The notes under the pieces are model-generated. The model did not search any database. It worked only from the letters and a program-made list of their open reading frames with translations, and was not told the origin of the DNA. A program made the position numbers and the translations under genes. A DNA stretch of 64,000 nt, taken from contig MU006089.1 in assembly GCA_010093705.1 (NCBI GenBank), positions 3,436,061 to 3,500,060 on the forward strand. Reading direction: 5' to 3'. Positions 24,954-37,022 of this stretch are shown one piece after another. The stretch is from Patellaria atrata CBS 101060 (taxonomy: Eukaryota). Within the stretch, counting starts at the first letter, position 1; each line of letters opens with the position of its first letter.

Positions 24954-25715
24954 GGCTGTGGTATAGGTATTTTGATAGCAATGCAATACTGTGATATATG
25001 TTCAACAAGATCTTGAAATGAGACTAACTCTTGAGTAAGAAATGACAGGAACACACTCTTTTATAGGAAATAATCTATATTCTTTAGCATTGTTATGGAG
25101 TCAACAGTTGTTTGCCACCAGGCCAATACAATGCAGTTTAACCTGGAAGGTTAATACAACAAAGATACCACATTCAATCCAAATGCAACACAAGAGATAC
25201 ATTGTTTTCAAAACTCTATGCTCTAGTGATTGCAGAGGGTTAACCATGGGTTTCATGAGCGAGGGAAAATCGTGGTTTGAGAATCGCATAAACTGTGCTA
25301 CATATCTCTACAAAGCGCGATGGAGTCTTTCATCTGCTAGAAATGAACATAAGAATGGAAAATTACCCTGTTACTGGAGCATGTATCGTAATTTGTAATT
25401 TAGTGGAAAGGCTCAATTGTCTAAGTATAATGCATCTCAGAGAAACGGATTGGAACTTGATGACTGAGGTGGGTAAAGACATCTTAAGAATGGACTGTAA
25501 TAATGACCTTTGAGGGCTGTTGAAGAAAGGGGAAGATCTGCACAGCCCACAGCTTCAACGTCACTGCCACTCGAACTATCCTCACCGGTCACCAAGCCTC
25601 AGCCTTACCACCATCATTCGCGAACTATGAGGAGGATGGACAAGAATATTAATATGACAGGCGCCTGCGTCAATTATATAATCTTTCTTCACTTAATACC
25701 CTCTTAACGACCATC

Positions 25716-27145
25716 ATGGCACTAGCAATCAACTCCTACAACCGTAAACTTCACGAGCTCAGTAAAGAGAGCCTCAACGCCATTAAAGGAGTCAAAACTT
25801 ACTGGTACAATACACACGATGTCTGGAAACCGACAGAATGGCCCACAGCGGCTACTAAAGACGAGGAACCCAAGATACCATCTCCAGACATCTTCGCCGA
25901 TCTGACCAGTTTAAAGGGGACGACTACCGACAAACCAGCAGCCTTGCCTACTATAGCACAATGCGCCGTTCATCTTGAACTTCTCGAGACCTTCCACGTA
26001 TTGCGTCAGAAAATGTTTTGGTCGATACCTCTTGATAAGGCTTTTGATGTGAAGGAAGAGCCTCGCATTGTGCACCAGCGCGACGGTTCGGAGAAGAAGC
26101 TCAAGGACGATCGGTTCGCGGAAAAGAGGAATGAAAAATGGACCAAGTTTGTGACGCTAGCTGTATACCGATTTCTAGTATGGTGGGATAAGATTGATGG
26201 GGTACTAGAAAATACCAAGGACCGTCAGGGACGCATGTCAATGGGTAGTGATCATCTACCCCCTCTTGATGTCCTTATGGTTTGGCACTCATTTCTCCTC
26301 AATACTGGTCGGTTTAAGAAGATGAATTTTAATCGCAACTTATACAAGATTAACTTCCCATGGGAACACATTGTAAGATCCATTTTGAGACTAGGTGAGA
26401 ATCTCGGACTAAGATCATGTAGCACAATGCTATTGACAATAGCAAATGGGAATACACCCTTTTAGGCACCGCAAGGACCAATTTCACCACTCTGACCGGA
26501 CTTCAACAGGACCTCTACTCTGCCCTCGAAACCGATCCCACCGCTGTTCCACGTACTCTCGTTGAGACTGTCCGCTTGTCTCCAACACCTACAACCGCTG
26601 ATCAGAGTCTCGTCAATGACCTCGCCTCGATGGTCGCTCGCCAAACGTCCTTTATCGACAAGATGGACAGACACCTCTGGATCCGCTCTCCGGCATTCGC
26701 TGGCACCATGGCGCGCTCTCTGACGCGGTACTCCCGCTTCTTGACTCTCTTTCGCCTATATCCGGGTACCATGCTAGTGCCGACGCTTGACATTGACATC
26801 GCCTGGCACACGCACCAGCTTACCCCCTCTCTGTATCTTTCAGCAACGCAAGCACTCTGCGGGCGTTTCATCAATCATGATGACAGTATCGCGGAGACAG
26901 GACTTAGTACCGGGCTTGCGGACACGAAGAGAGTGTATCGGGAGCGATTTTGTGAGGATTATGAACTGTGTTCTTGCTGGGATTGTGAGATGTTGCTCAG
27001 TGCGCTAGAGGGGAGGCATGAGGTGAGTCAAGGTGAGCCAGGGATAGAGGAGTTGGGGAGCAGAATTGCGGAAGAGATTGCGTATTATCGGATGGTGGAG
27101 TTTGCACGGAGGAATGGGAAACCATTACCAAAGAAACGGGAGTAA
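25716..27145 (+). CDS. GRDP-like / DUF1399 protein
   Basis: PTIAQCAVHLELL, PPLDVLMVWHSFLLN, RQTSFIDKM, LVPTLDIDIAWHTHQL and INHDD motifs; intron 26373-26422 joins the two ORFs in frame. Confidence 0.88.
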
Positions 27146-28027
27146 CGCGCTGTGGACGCTGATATGGCTGTTCATTTTGTCTTTTTGCTCGGCTTTGATC
27201 GTACACTTCCGCACAGTATCATTATCAAGTTTTAGTTTCCTTTATTAATTGATGTTCTGGATAAGACCTCGTATTTCTTGACGTGTACGGCCTGTACGCA
27301 ACCCCGGAAATCTGTACACTCGTTTTATATTCCCATCATGCTTGTTATCTAACCTCCAGTCATCCGTACTAATCCCCCTAACGTAAACCCCATCATTCCG
27401 ACATGTCTACCTTCTACAACCGTACATGCCTCACAACCTCCGGTGCACACACATTAGTAACACACGAAGAGCACCACCAATGTAAGCACTCGATATTTGA
27501 CCACCTATCCACACTAGGCGCTGTCGTATAGTCCGAAGTGTGAAAGACAATAGCTAGTGAATTAAGGAGTACCAATTGCTTGCAGAGGCGTTCAAATCGA
27601 ATCGCTTAATAGAGCACCTAATTGACATTGGTAAGATAGTTCACATGAGAAATACGCCACTTCGGGTGAATCTCGACTTTCTCATGCATCTTTTCGCATA
27701 CCTATAAAACATTGAAAAGGGGAAGAAGTATACCGACATTCCAGAAAAGCTCCCAGTATGGTTCAAGAAAGATTATCCATCTCTTCTTCTGTTAAATAAA
27801 TCCTCTCTCACTGTACGCTTAATATAGTTATAGTTCTGGCATGAGCCGTACAACGCCGCAAGATCTCGTCCGGAGACGAATTGGATAGTACACCATCATT
27901 TGTACAGAAAGCGGAACTTAGAAATACGAACTATGACCAATCGGAAGGAAAGGATACAAATGTAAAGGACGTGGATGGGTTAAGGATAGCGTTGCACAAA
28001 AAGAATTCCAAGGACGAGCGACTACAA

Positions 28028-28346
28028 TTAGCACGAGCGTGCCTTTTCCTTATCATCCTCATCATATTCTTCACTTCCCTCGCTAATCCTAGATAACGCC
28101 GACTGTTGTCCACTACCTTGGGGCAGGAATCTGCAGTTCCGACACCACTCGTGCGCACAGTGCACGGTTTCGCAGCACATCGCGTACGGATCGCTCGTCC
28201 AGCGCTTACACCTGCAACAGAGCCGGCGGTGGAAGTCTTCTCTTCCTTGGCTGGTTTTCTGAGCGAGGAGGAGTTTTTGCTTGCAATTCGCCTGCGTGTT
28301 GCTCGTCCTCGCTACTGGGCGATGGCATGATGAGTTCGGGAGACAT
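28028..28346 (-). pseudogene. Frameshifted small Cys-rich (zinc-ribbon-like) gene, absent from the ORF track
   Basis: ATG 28346 frame MSPELIMPSPSSEDE...RKRRLPP shifts near 28225 into RLCCRCKRWTSDPYAMCCETVHCAHEWCRNCRFLP...EEYDEDDKEKARSC*. Confidence 0.55.
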
Positions 28347-29874
28347 CTTGTGACCTTTATATGTCAAGGTCAAGGAATTAGGGTATAGTGATATCGGAAT
28401 CTGAGGCGATTTTGTATTTACACTGGTGCCTCATTATGATTTGGATGTGTTTGATGGCAAATTGGGAAGAGTTGGCCGTTTGACGAAGGATGACGAATCA
28501 TCAAACGGTATGGAAACACAAACTGGTAGATCGCAGGCCGGGAAGTTTTGTTCGAGACTACACCTATGAACAATTAGACAATACAACATCCAAAGGAACA
28601 GGCACAGAGCTTAGGAATCTTTGTCTAGTCTATCCCATCCCCTATCGTGGCTCCCTCTCATACTTGTACTGTACGCTCCCTCTCCAGGCTGTCTCTGACT
28701 TCATTGTACAGTAAAACCAACTGTACATTAGAGAGCCCAGGTAACTCTCATTTCCCATGTACTGTGGGTTTGGCAACAGCCTGGAGTACACTAGGCGAAG
28801 AATATTACAAGATTCAAGGGAGTGAGCTGAAAGGAAACAATTCAACAGGTTTCAATATTTGAACTAGCCTTGAAATATTATTTCAAATTCTGACAAGTCG
28901 AATCAAATAATAGATGTTCAAGGAACGGTCGACAGTACAGATTGTGGAAGTTTGAGGACTAGATACTGCTCAGTCCATGGAACTGAACTACAGTCGAGTG
29001 AGGATGGTCTAAGTGTCTTTCCACATTTCCACGACTTGATGAGAGAGTTGAGATAAGCTTTCTGCCAATACTACTCCTCTATTTACCGGGAGCCGATCCC
29101 ATGTTATGGACTCGTTATGATATGTCGCCGTCCCTGCCAAGGTTGAGCCGAAAGTTTCCTGATAGGAGTACCCCTTATATACTTACCACCGTCTTCCGTC
29201 GGATATCTAGTAGAGCAATGAGACCTTCACATTGATGGACCCTCAGGTCACTGTTTGATCTCTTGTCCCGGTTCGATCATGAGATATGGTAAAGGAGACT
29301 TACGGTAACTCGGGAAAGGAAGAATGGGTAAGCGTTTACGAGTTAACACGTCAGAAAAAGTAAATGCAGTAAGTCCTCGTTACAGTAAGTGAGCATCCTG
29401 ATCCTGCATGCAAATTTTCTCATAGCTACCAATAAGAGGTAGAAATTGTTTGTGAGTTCAAGGTGGGGTGAAGCTTTCCTTGTGCTATCGACTGTCCCGC
29501 ATCGTCATCAACACTGGCACAGGTCCAAGGTAAAATAGAGGATAACCAACTATTACTCCCCGTGCCACCCTGTTTACAATTGAGAGCTGGATTTTACCGT
29601 CTCAAAGATCTTCTTATCCTGAATAGCTCTCTACTCTCCCTTACTTTCCAACGTCATAATTTATAACATCTTAAACTAGTTCCAAGTAGGCCCTCGTTCT
29701 GGTCTAATATCTATACTGATCCTGCTGTTTGGCACCAGCAAACATATTAACTTGAAGAGCCGAGAACCCTTCTCACCTAGTATACACCTACTGTAGGTAC
29801 CTGAAGCAGTAAAATATCACATCAGACAGCAGCTAAAGAAGGGTACAGAACATAAATTTTCCCAACTTGACATC

Positions 29875-31487
29875 ATGGTGCACCTATCAACAATCCCCAC
29901 CGAGGCCGATTTAAAGAAGAACTCCGTTGCAGAGCTTGGAGAAGAGTTCGCCGACCTTAGCATTGACACCTCTGAAGACACCGCCACAGCATCTGTCTAT
30001 GGCTCCCGCTTCGCAGCTGAGGATCTTCCAAAGCATTCCATGCCGGAGAAGGAAATGCCTCGAGAGGTTGCCTACCGTATGATCAAAGATGATCTTACCC
30101 TTGATGGTACTCCAACTCTGAAGTGAGCCTTCCAATTCTCACTCTTTCCAGACTCCAATGCTGACAGAATACTAGTTTAGCCTCCTTTGTGACCACCTAC
30201 ATGGAAGAAGAAGCGGAAAAGCTCATGACTGACTGCTTCTCCAAGAACTTCATCGATTACGAAGAATACCCCGTATCCGCCGACATACAAAACCGCTGCG
30301 TCTCCATGATCGCGCGCCTCTTCAACATCCCCGTGCATGAAGAAACTACCAACGCTATGGGCACCTCGACGATCGGCAGCTCCGAAGCCATCATGCTCGG
30401 CGTGCTCGCTATGAAGAAGCGCTGGCAGAAGGCCCGCAAGGCCGCCGGAAAACCCTACGACAAGCCGAACATGATCATGAACGCCGCCGTGCAGGTCTGC
30501 TGGGAAAAGGCGGCCCGCTACTTCGATGTCGAGGAGAAATACGTCTACTGCACCGAAGACCGATTTGTGATCGATCCAAAAGAGGCCGTCGACCTAATCG
30601 ACGAAAACACCATCGGTATCGCCACTATCTTGGGTACGACATACACCGGCGAGTACGAAGACATCAAAGCAATCAACGACCTCCTCATCGAGCGCAACAT
30701 TGACTGCCCCATCCACGTCGACGCCGCATCCGGCGGCTTCGTAGCACCCTTCGTAGCACCAAAGCTCGAATGGGACTTTCGCCTCCCAAAGGTCGTCTCA
30801 ATCAATGTCTCCGGCCACAAATACGGCCTCGTCTACCCCGGTGTCGGCTGGATCGTCTGGCGAGACCCAGAATACCTCCCCCAGGAACTCATCTTCAACA
30901 TCAACTACCTCGGCGCCGACCAGGCCTCCTTCACGCTCAACTTCTCCCGCGGCGCGAGCCAGATCATCGGGCAATACTACCAGATGATCCGGCTCGGAAA
31001 GCACGGATATCGCGCAATTATGGTGAATTTAACCAAGACCGCGGACTACCTTTCTTCGGCACTGCAAGCCCTGGGCTTTATCATTCTCTCCAAGAAAGGT
31101 GGACGCGGTTTACCGCTAGTAGCATGCCGCCTCGACACCGAACGTGAGCACCACTACGACGAATTCGCCGTGGCCCACCAGTTGCGCGAACGCGGCTGGG
31201 TCGTGCCCGCGTACACCATGGCGCCGAACGCCCAGCAGATGAAGATGATGCGGATCGTCGTGCGCGAGGACTTCAGCAAGAGCCGCTGCGACGCTTTAAT
31301 CCAGGACTTTAAGTTTGCGCTCGAGACGCTGAATAAGATGGACGAGAATCGGATCAAGGATCTAAGCGACTATATGGTGAAGCAGAAGGTGTTGAAAAAG
31401 ATGAGACGGTTACATACGAATCAGCAGTTCGTGGATGAAAAGCATAGCTTGCAGGGGAAGACCGGGAAGACACATGCGGTGTGTTAG
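29875..31487 (+). CDS. GAD1: Glutamate decarboxylase (PLP-dependent)
   Basis: LDGTPTLNLASFVTTYME across intron 30123-30175; STIGSSEA, IHVDAASGGF and SINVSGHKYG (PLP lysine). Confidence 0.97.
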
Positions 31488-31628
31488 TGCATAGGAGTTC
31501 ATAGGGCGGGGGCATGAGAGGATAATAAGGAATGGGAAGGTTAAGTGTGTTGTATAAAATGAGTATGACGGCCTGGAATACAAAAATTTCCTCACTTTAC
31601 TACGAGGTACTTACCTTGACATTATTAA

Positions 31629-33463
31629 CTATAGTTTTGGACGACCGCACATACATTTGCTCCCACATTTACATGACGTTCCACACTTACATCCAGTTCC
31701 CTTCGCCTTCAGTGCACGCTCGATAATCTCCATAGCGCGATATAGCCTCTTCTCTTGAAGTTTAGGAGCTACTACTTGGATGCAGAGAGGCGTGTCAAGG
31801 TAGACTTTCCTGTCGGCCTTCGTCCAAAGTTCCCGATTCCTCTTATCCCAACCACCGATCGGTTTGTTATCTGGTATCTCACCCTGTAAATCTGCAGGTC
31901 CGAAAGAGCGGACTGGTATTACACCCGCAGGACAATCCAACAAAGCCCACGAGCTTGTATATCCCACCCCGCCCCAATTATCGATCTCCGGAACCGGGTG
32001 CGGCGCCACCGGCAATATCAGCGCATCTACTCTCCTCCCGCCGCTAAATTCCCCGTTCCATACCCGCAAGAACTCAGTCTCGAGAGCACTACGACGAACA
32101 TGTAAGTCCTGGAGCGTATCAAGAGAAGCTTTTGGACGCCGTTTCATGTTCCTAAGCCATGGGGATAGCGGCTCGGAGTGAGATTCGAGTAGGTCAAAGG
32201 TGAAGTTCTCGCCTTCGACAGCGAACATGGCGTTTGCCAGAGGTTGCGTTTTGGAAAGGATTGAGGTGATATTAAGATTGATAGTTTTGATACCCTTTCT
32301 GAACAATGTGGACGCGACTTCGTTGATGAGGGCTGCAATTGGTGGAAGTGGGGTGGTAATGCCATCTGTATGGACGATTCCGATAGTGAATGCTGAATCT
32401 GGGCAACTGGAGAAGTCAGTCTGATTCCAATTCCCGGGAGCGACGTTGGAGTCGATTTCCCACGGCTTCTGGGTTAGGATAGTCCGCATAAAGAGCTCGC
32501 AGTCGCGCAGGGAGAGGCTCATAGGGCCGGCACTGGAGAAAACGCTGAGATCGCTGACACATAGTGCTTTCCCGCTCTCTTGACCCATGTAGGGGATCCG
32601 TTGCCAGCTAGGTTTTATCCCGTAAAGTCCATTACACATAGAGGGTATCCGGATGCTTCCGCCAATGTCTGTACCAACGCCTAGGATGCTACCGCGCATA
32701 GCAATCAATGCCCCTTCCCCGCCACTGCTTCCTCCCGCTGTAAGTTTTCGGTTGCGAGGATTTAGTGTTCTTCCGAAAATGTTATTGTGCGAGTCGAGTG
32801 CCATGAGGGTTTGGGGTATGTTGGTTTTACAGTACAGTACTGCTCCTGCGTTGAGTAGTACCTGGACCAATGTGGATGGGTTTGTTGACGGCTTAAAGCA
32901 GAGTGCTGCAAGCCCAACGGACGCATCGTATCCCGGGACACAAAACGTGTCCTTGAGAGAGACCGGAACGCCGTGGAGAGGCGACAACGGTGGTTTGCCA
33001 GCATCGAGATGGGCATCTAGCTCCGCGGCTCGTTTAAGGGCGTCGTCGAAAAAGATCTCAGTGAGGCAGTTGGTCTAAAGATGTTTCAATGAATAAATTT
33101 CGGGAGGGAGCTAGGTATGGACTGTACCAATTGATGAGCAATTGCTGCTCTCTATGCACGGGATTTTCTGTTAGCATTCTTCATGCGGTGTGAGGTCGAA
33201 TCCTCCGGCACGTATACCTTGGAGAAAGCTCGTGCTACTACCACACACTTGAATTTGCGTGTAGCGATTGCCTCTCCCAGCGCAGTAGCATCATAGTTCT
33301 CAGTTATACCCAACTCTTCTCCGGACAACAAGCCACACTCGCGGGGGATCTTCAGAACGTTATCCGTTGGTGTGAAGTTCGAAGGAAGTAGCCATTGTTG
33401 CGGTATCCTGGCCAATTGTTCTTCCTTTTTGCGTCTGGAAATGGGCTCCCAAGTCCCAGACAT
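31629..33463 (-). CDS. Amidase-signature family enzyme (AmdS/FAAH-like) with a Cys-rich C-terminal extension
   Basis: PLHGVPVSLKD, GGSSGGEGAL and GTDIGGSIRIP. Introns 33152-33217 and 33075-33127 flank a 24-nt exon (RAAIAHQL). Confidence 0.93.
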
Positions 33464-34545
33464 GTTGTAGAATTGTTGGAGGTCAACATTTGGGCCGAAT
33501 GAAAAAAGGTGTCGAGATGTTAAGATGCACCCGACATCTTGAGGTGCTGACAACCATGAGCGGAGCTTGGGGATGCCGAGGCACGGAACCGGCCCGAACC
33601 AGAATTGTGGTGCCCCTAAATTCCACGACCTCTCATCATTTCATCAACACATCTCGTGACTATACCTTTAAATCCGAGCACATATCGTATTGCAGAGGAC
33701 CAACAAGGCGGATTCCATTCGCTGCCCCTATTAATTTTGCAACCACTGTTGGATACTAGATCTCAGGCGGAGCGAACTGCAAGGTGTACTGGGTGGCATT
33801 GTAGGCAGTACGTAGGACAGCCCCTAGTAAGATGAAGTAGAAGTATTGATATGTCCTCATCTTTACCATAACCTTTCTACATGGCCTAGGTAGATCAGCT
33901 AATGTCTACCAACGTTGTCCCAAGGCTGGAGTGCTCAAATCGCAGCGATGGAAAGTTCTAATAGTTCAAGCGTTTAGAACATCTCAGTCGTTTTAGAGAA
34001 ATGCAAGAATATGAATGGTAAATTTATTTGTTGATATATGCGAAGTCGAGGTAAGGTACGACTCGATCACTTGCAACAGAACTTGCAGGAACAAGTATCT
34101 GCGTGTCGACGTGACGGCGCGTTTGTTCATACCGTATGGATGAAATGCAGTGGAGTGCAGCAAGAGAGCTGGGGTCGGGTCATTTGTTAGCTTCAGGTGT
34201 CTTAAGGAGAGAATAATAAGATAATGAAAGGTACGCAGTCGTACCCGACCTACCTTCCAATATACCGTTGGGTACGATATTTTAAAGAGTACTGTCATCC
34301 ATCCTCTACCCAGATCAGACTACTTTCCTTGTTCGTTGCGCGTTCTTTCCCAAGCTCACAAGAGAAAGAGTTTATCTCAAATCTCCCGTCGTGCAGTAAG
34401 GTATTTTCCTTTCCATCATTCTAAACAAATTATTTCCTTCAATCCATTCAGTTTTCAACTCATTTTCTCCCTCCATTCAAGCATCAAGTTGTTTATCACT
34501 ATTCCACCTCAAAGGCTAAAAGACTACAAGAGAGAACTATCAAGC

Positions 34546-36143
34546 ATGTATATGAGCGAGGATCACGATATGAGTGGAGCGAAAGCTAAAGGCTCCCCTA
34601 GTGACACGAACATAGGCACAAATTCCTCAAGTGAAACGAGTATGGAAACCAGTAAGGGTTCCCCCAATGACACGATTGCAGAAGAGGACATGAGTAAAAA
34701 GGACATGAATGTAGGAGAAGATCTGGGCATGTCTTATATCAACACGCATGAGCCTATTTTCACCGCTGCTGGAGCCCCTCATTCTCTGTCGAGGCCTCAT
34801 ATAGAGGAGACTGCTATCTTACCGGCCAGAACGTTTGTTCAACCAGGTCCCTCATCAACGAAGGTTCCTATTTCCCCAGAGAAAGTTCATGTGCCACCAG
34901 AACAAATTCCTATCCCAGCAGTGGATCCTAGTGTCCCGCTAGAGAAACTCGAGGAAGGAGATCTCAAGTCAGCGGAGACATTTACACTAGGCCGACACTA
35001 CAGGATCTCTACAAGGTCAGTAAGCTGTCAGGGCAGAATAACCATATTGTTGCGTGGGAGATGTCATACTAGCTCTAGCAGATTATACTTACAACACTGG
35101 CTCTTGAAGTGCTTAACCAATTGGACTATCCACCCTGAAATATGTAAGGATGTCATACCAACCTCAGCTCGGCGCTTGGTATTTGCATAGCTGATCTTGG
35201 TGCTGGTAACTGGTATGTCATCTCCCCTGTCGCGGTTTGCCCCTCTTCGGTCACTATACGCTTGTCGTATGCACGAGTTCTATAACAATTCAGCTGTTAT
35301 GGAACACAGGCCGAAAAGCCGTAGTGGTGGCGTACGGTTATCTAGGGTACACAACGAGGGAAAAGTATCATAAACCTTAGACCTCTTCCACTAACTACTG
35401 TATAGTGCATGGCTTTTCGATGTCGCTGCAGAGGTACCAGCTGGCATTAGGGATGATATTCAATACCATGCTTTCGATAACTCTAACAGAAGCTTTCCAG
35501 CGCCGGAAAACTCTCCTTAAAGCTTCTATTTCGACATCCTTGACGCTAATAATGTAGGCGATTTGAAGGGCATTCAGATGGAAAAATTCGACCTTGTCCA
35601 TATTTGCACTTTGAGTGGTGGAATTCGTGATGCCGACCCAACCCCTGTGCTCAAAACGGCATTGAAGATGCTCAAACCTGGAGAGTGGCTACGGTGAGAT
35701 GAGTTTGGCATGATGACATTTCGGGCAATTCCACCTAATGAAAGCATCAAAGCTTCGTGGTTGACCACCGTAATCGCATTGGCTCATTTGAAAAGCGAGG
35801 CGCTAGGGATCAAGCACACGTAATATCACACTGCTTGAATTACATGTTTTCAAAGCTAACACTCTAATAGTTGGGTTGCGATCTCGAGAAGTGGTTCGAG
35901 CATGCTGGTTTCGAACGCGTCTTGTTCGAAAGGTTGTCCTGGCTGAAGCAAGTAAGGAAGCCACTGACAGACGACTTGCTTATGGCGCTTGAGGAGATGG
36001 CTTTCAATACGAAGAGGTGTGTGAAGGATGCAACTGGGTTATGGGGCACAGCCTGGGGACATTCATTAGAAGAGGTAGCGGATGGAGTCACTATGATTAT
36101 GGATCCCGTGATCTGTTATGGAAGGAAGCCGTTCAATGAATAA
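34546..36143 (+). pseudogene. SAM-dependent methyltransferase (LaeA-like family) pseudogene
   Basis: RLYLQHWL, IADLGAG, AWLFD, KFDLVH and MLKPGEWL motifs; frame disruption near 35185-35215; in-frame TAA at 35518 and TGA at 35695 (at the usual W of W-D-E). Confidence 0.75.
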
Positions 36144-36620
36144 GCTAAGCTAAAGCTTATACCCGTATTTCTGAACTTCATGAAACGAGAAGGGCATTCA
36201 GGTAATGATTCTGATTACGCAGCATACGAATAAATCAGTTCTGATCGATATTGCTTGTCGCCAAACGGCACATGAGACGCCCGAACATGAAATACCCAGC
36301 TGGGTGTACGAATGTGGTTAAAGAGGGTATTTTACTCCATCGTTGGATTATGGAACAGAATAGATTCTACGAATGATTCACCGTGAGCTCTATAACAGGT
36401 TTAAAACTTGACACTGTGGTAGATGCTCAGGGGAAACCCCAAAACCACCCGTTTACATTCGGGCACTACCATAAACAGTTAGTGCCTCCATCAAAACCTC
36501 CCTTGTCCCCCTCTCTATCTCCCTCTTAGATTCTTACACTAGCAACTCCATTGACGTCCACATGAAATTGTCGCAAACACATCACAATAACTATAGAAGA
36601 ACATCCTCCACTTCTACCTC

Positions 36621-37022
36621 ATGGCCACCACGTCCTCCCCATCCCCCACTCCCGCATCCCTCCTCATCGACGTCCGCACGCCCGCCGAGTTCTCCATCTC
36701 CGCCCTCCCCCACGCAATCAACATCCCTCACGACACCATCGCCGAAGGCATAACTTCCACCCCCGCGACGAAAGACACAGAACTCCTGCTCTACTGTCGC
36801 TCCGGAAGACGAACGGGGATCGCGAAGGTCGCGCTTGAGAGGTTGGGGTTTAAGCGTGTTAGGGATTTGGGGGCTGTGGAGAATGCGGCTGTAGTGGTGA
36901 AGGAGAGGGAGGGGAATGGTGGATGGGAGGGGATTCAGGGGTACGGGGGAGAGATATCGAAGAGGGAGATCTTGGAGCGAGGGACTAAGACGCTGCTGGA
37001 GGGGTTGAGGGGGTTGGAGTAA
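36621..37022 (+). CDS. Single-domain rhodanese (PspE-like sulfurtransferase)
   Basis: LIDVRTPAEF...AINIP...LLYCRSGRR active-site loop; intronless. Confidence 0.85.
   Translation: MATTSSPSPTPASLLIDVRTPAEFSISALPHAINIPHDTIAEGITSTPATKDTELLLYCRSGRRTGIAKVALERLGFKRVRDLGAVENAAVVVKEREGNGGWEGIQGYGGEISKREILERGTKTLLEGLRGLE

Noticed and set aside
28870..28886. AT-rich inverted repeat TTGAAATA-T-TATTTCAA upstream of GAD1
   Set aside because: Short and low complexity, with no supporting context.
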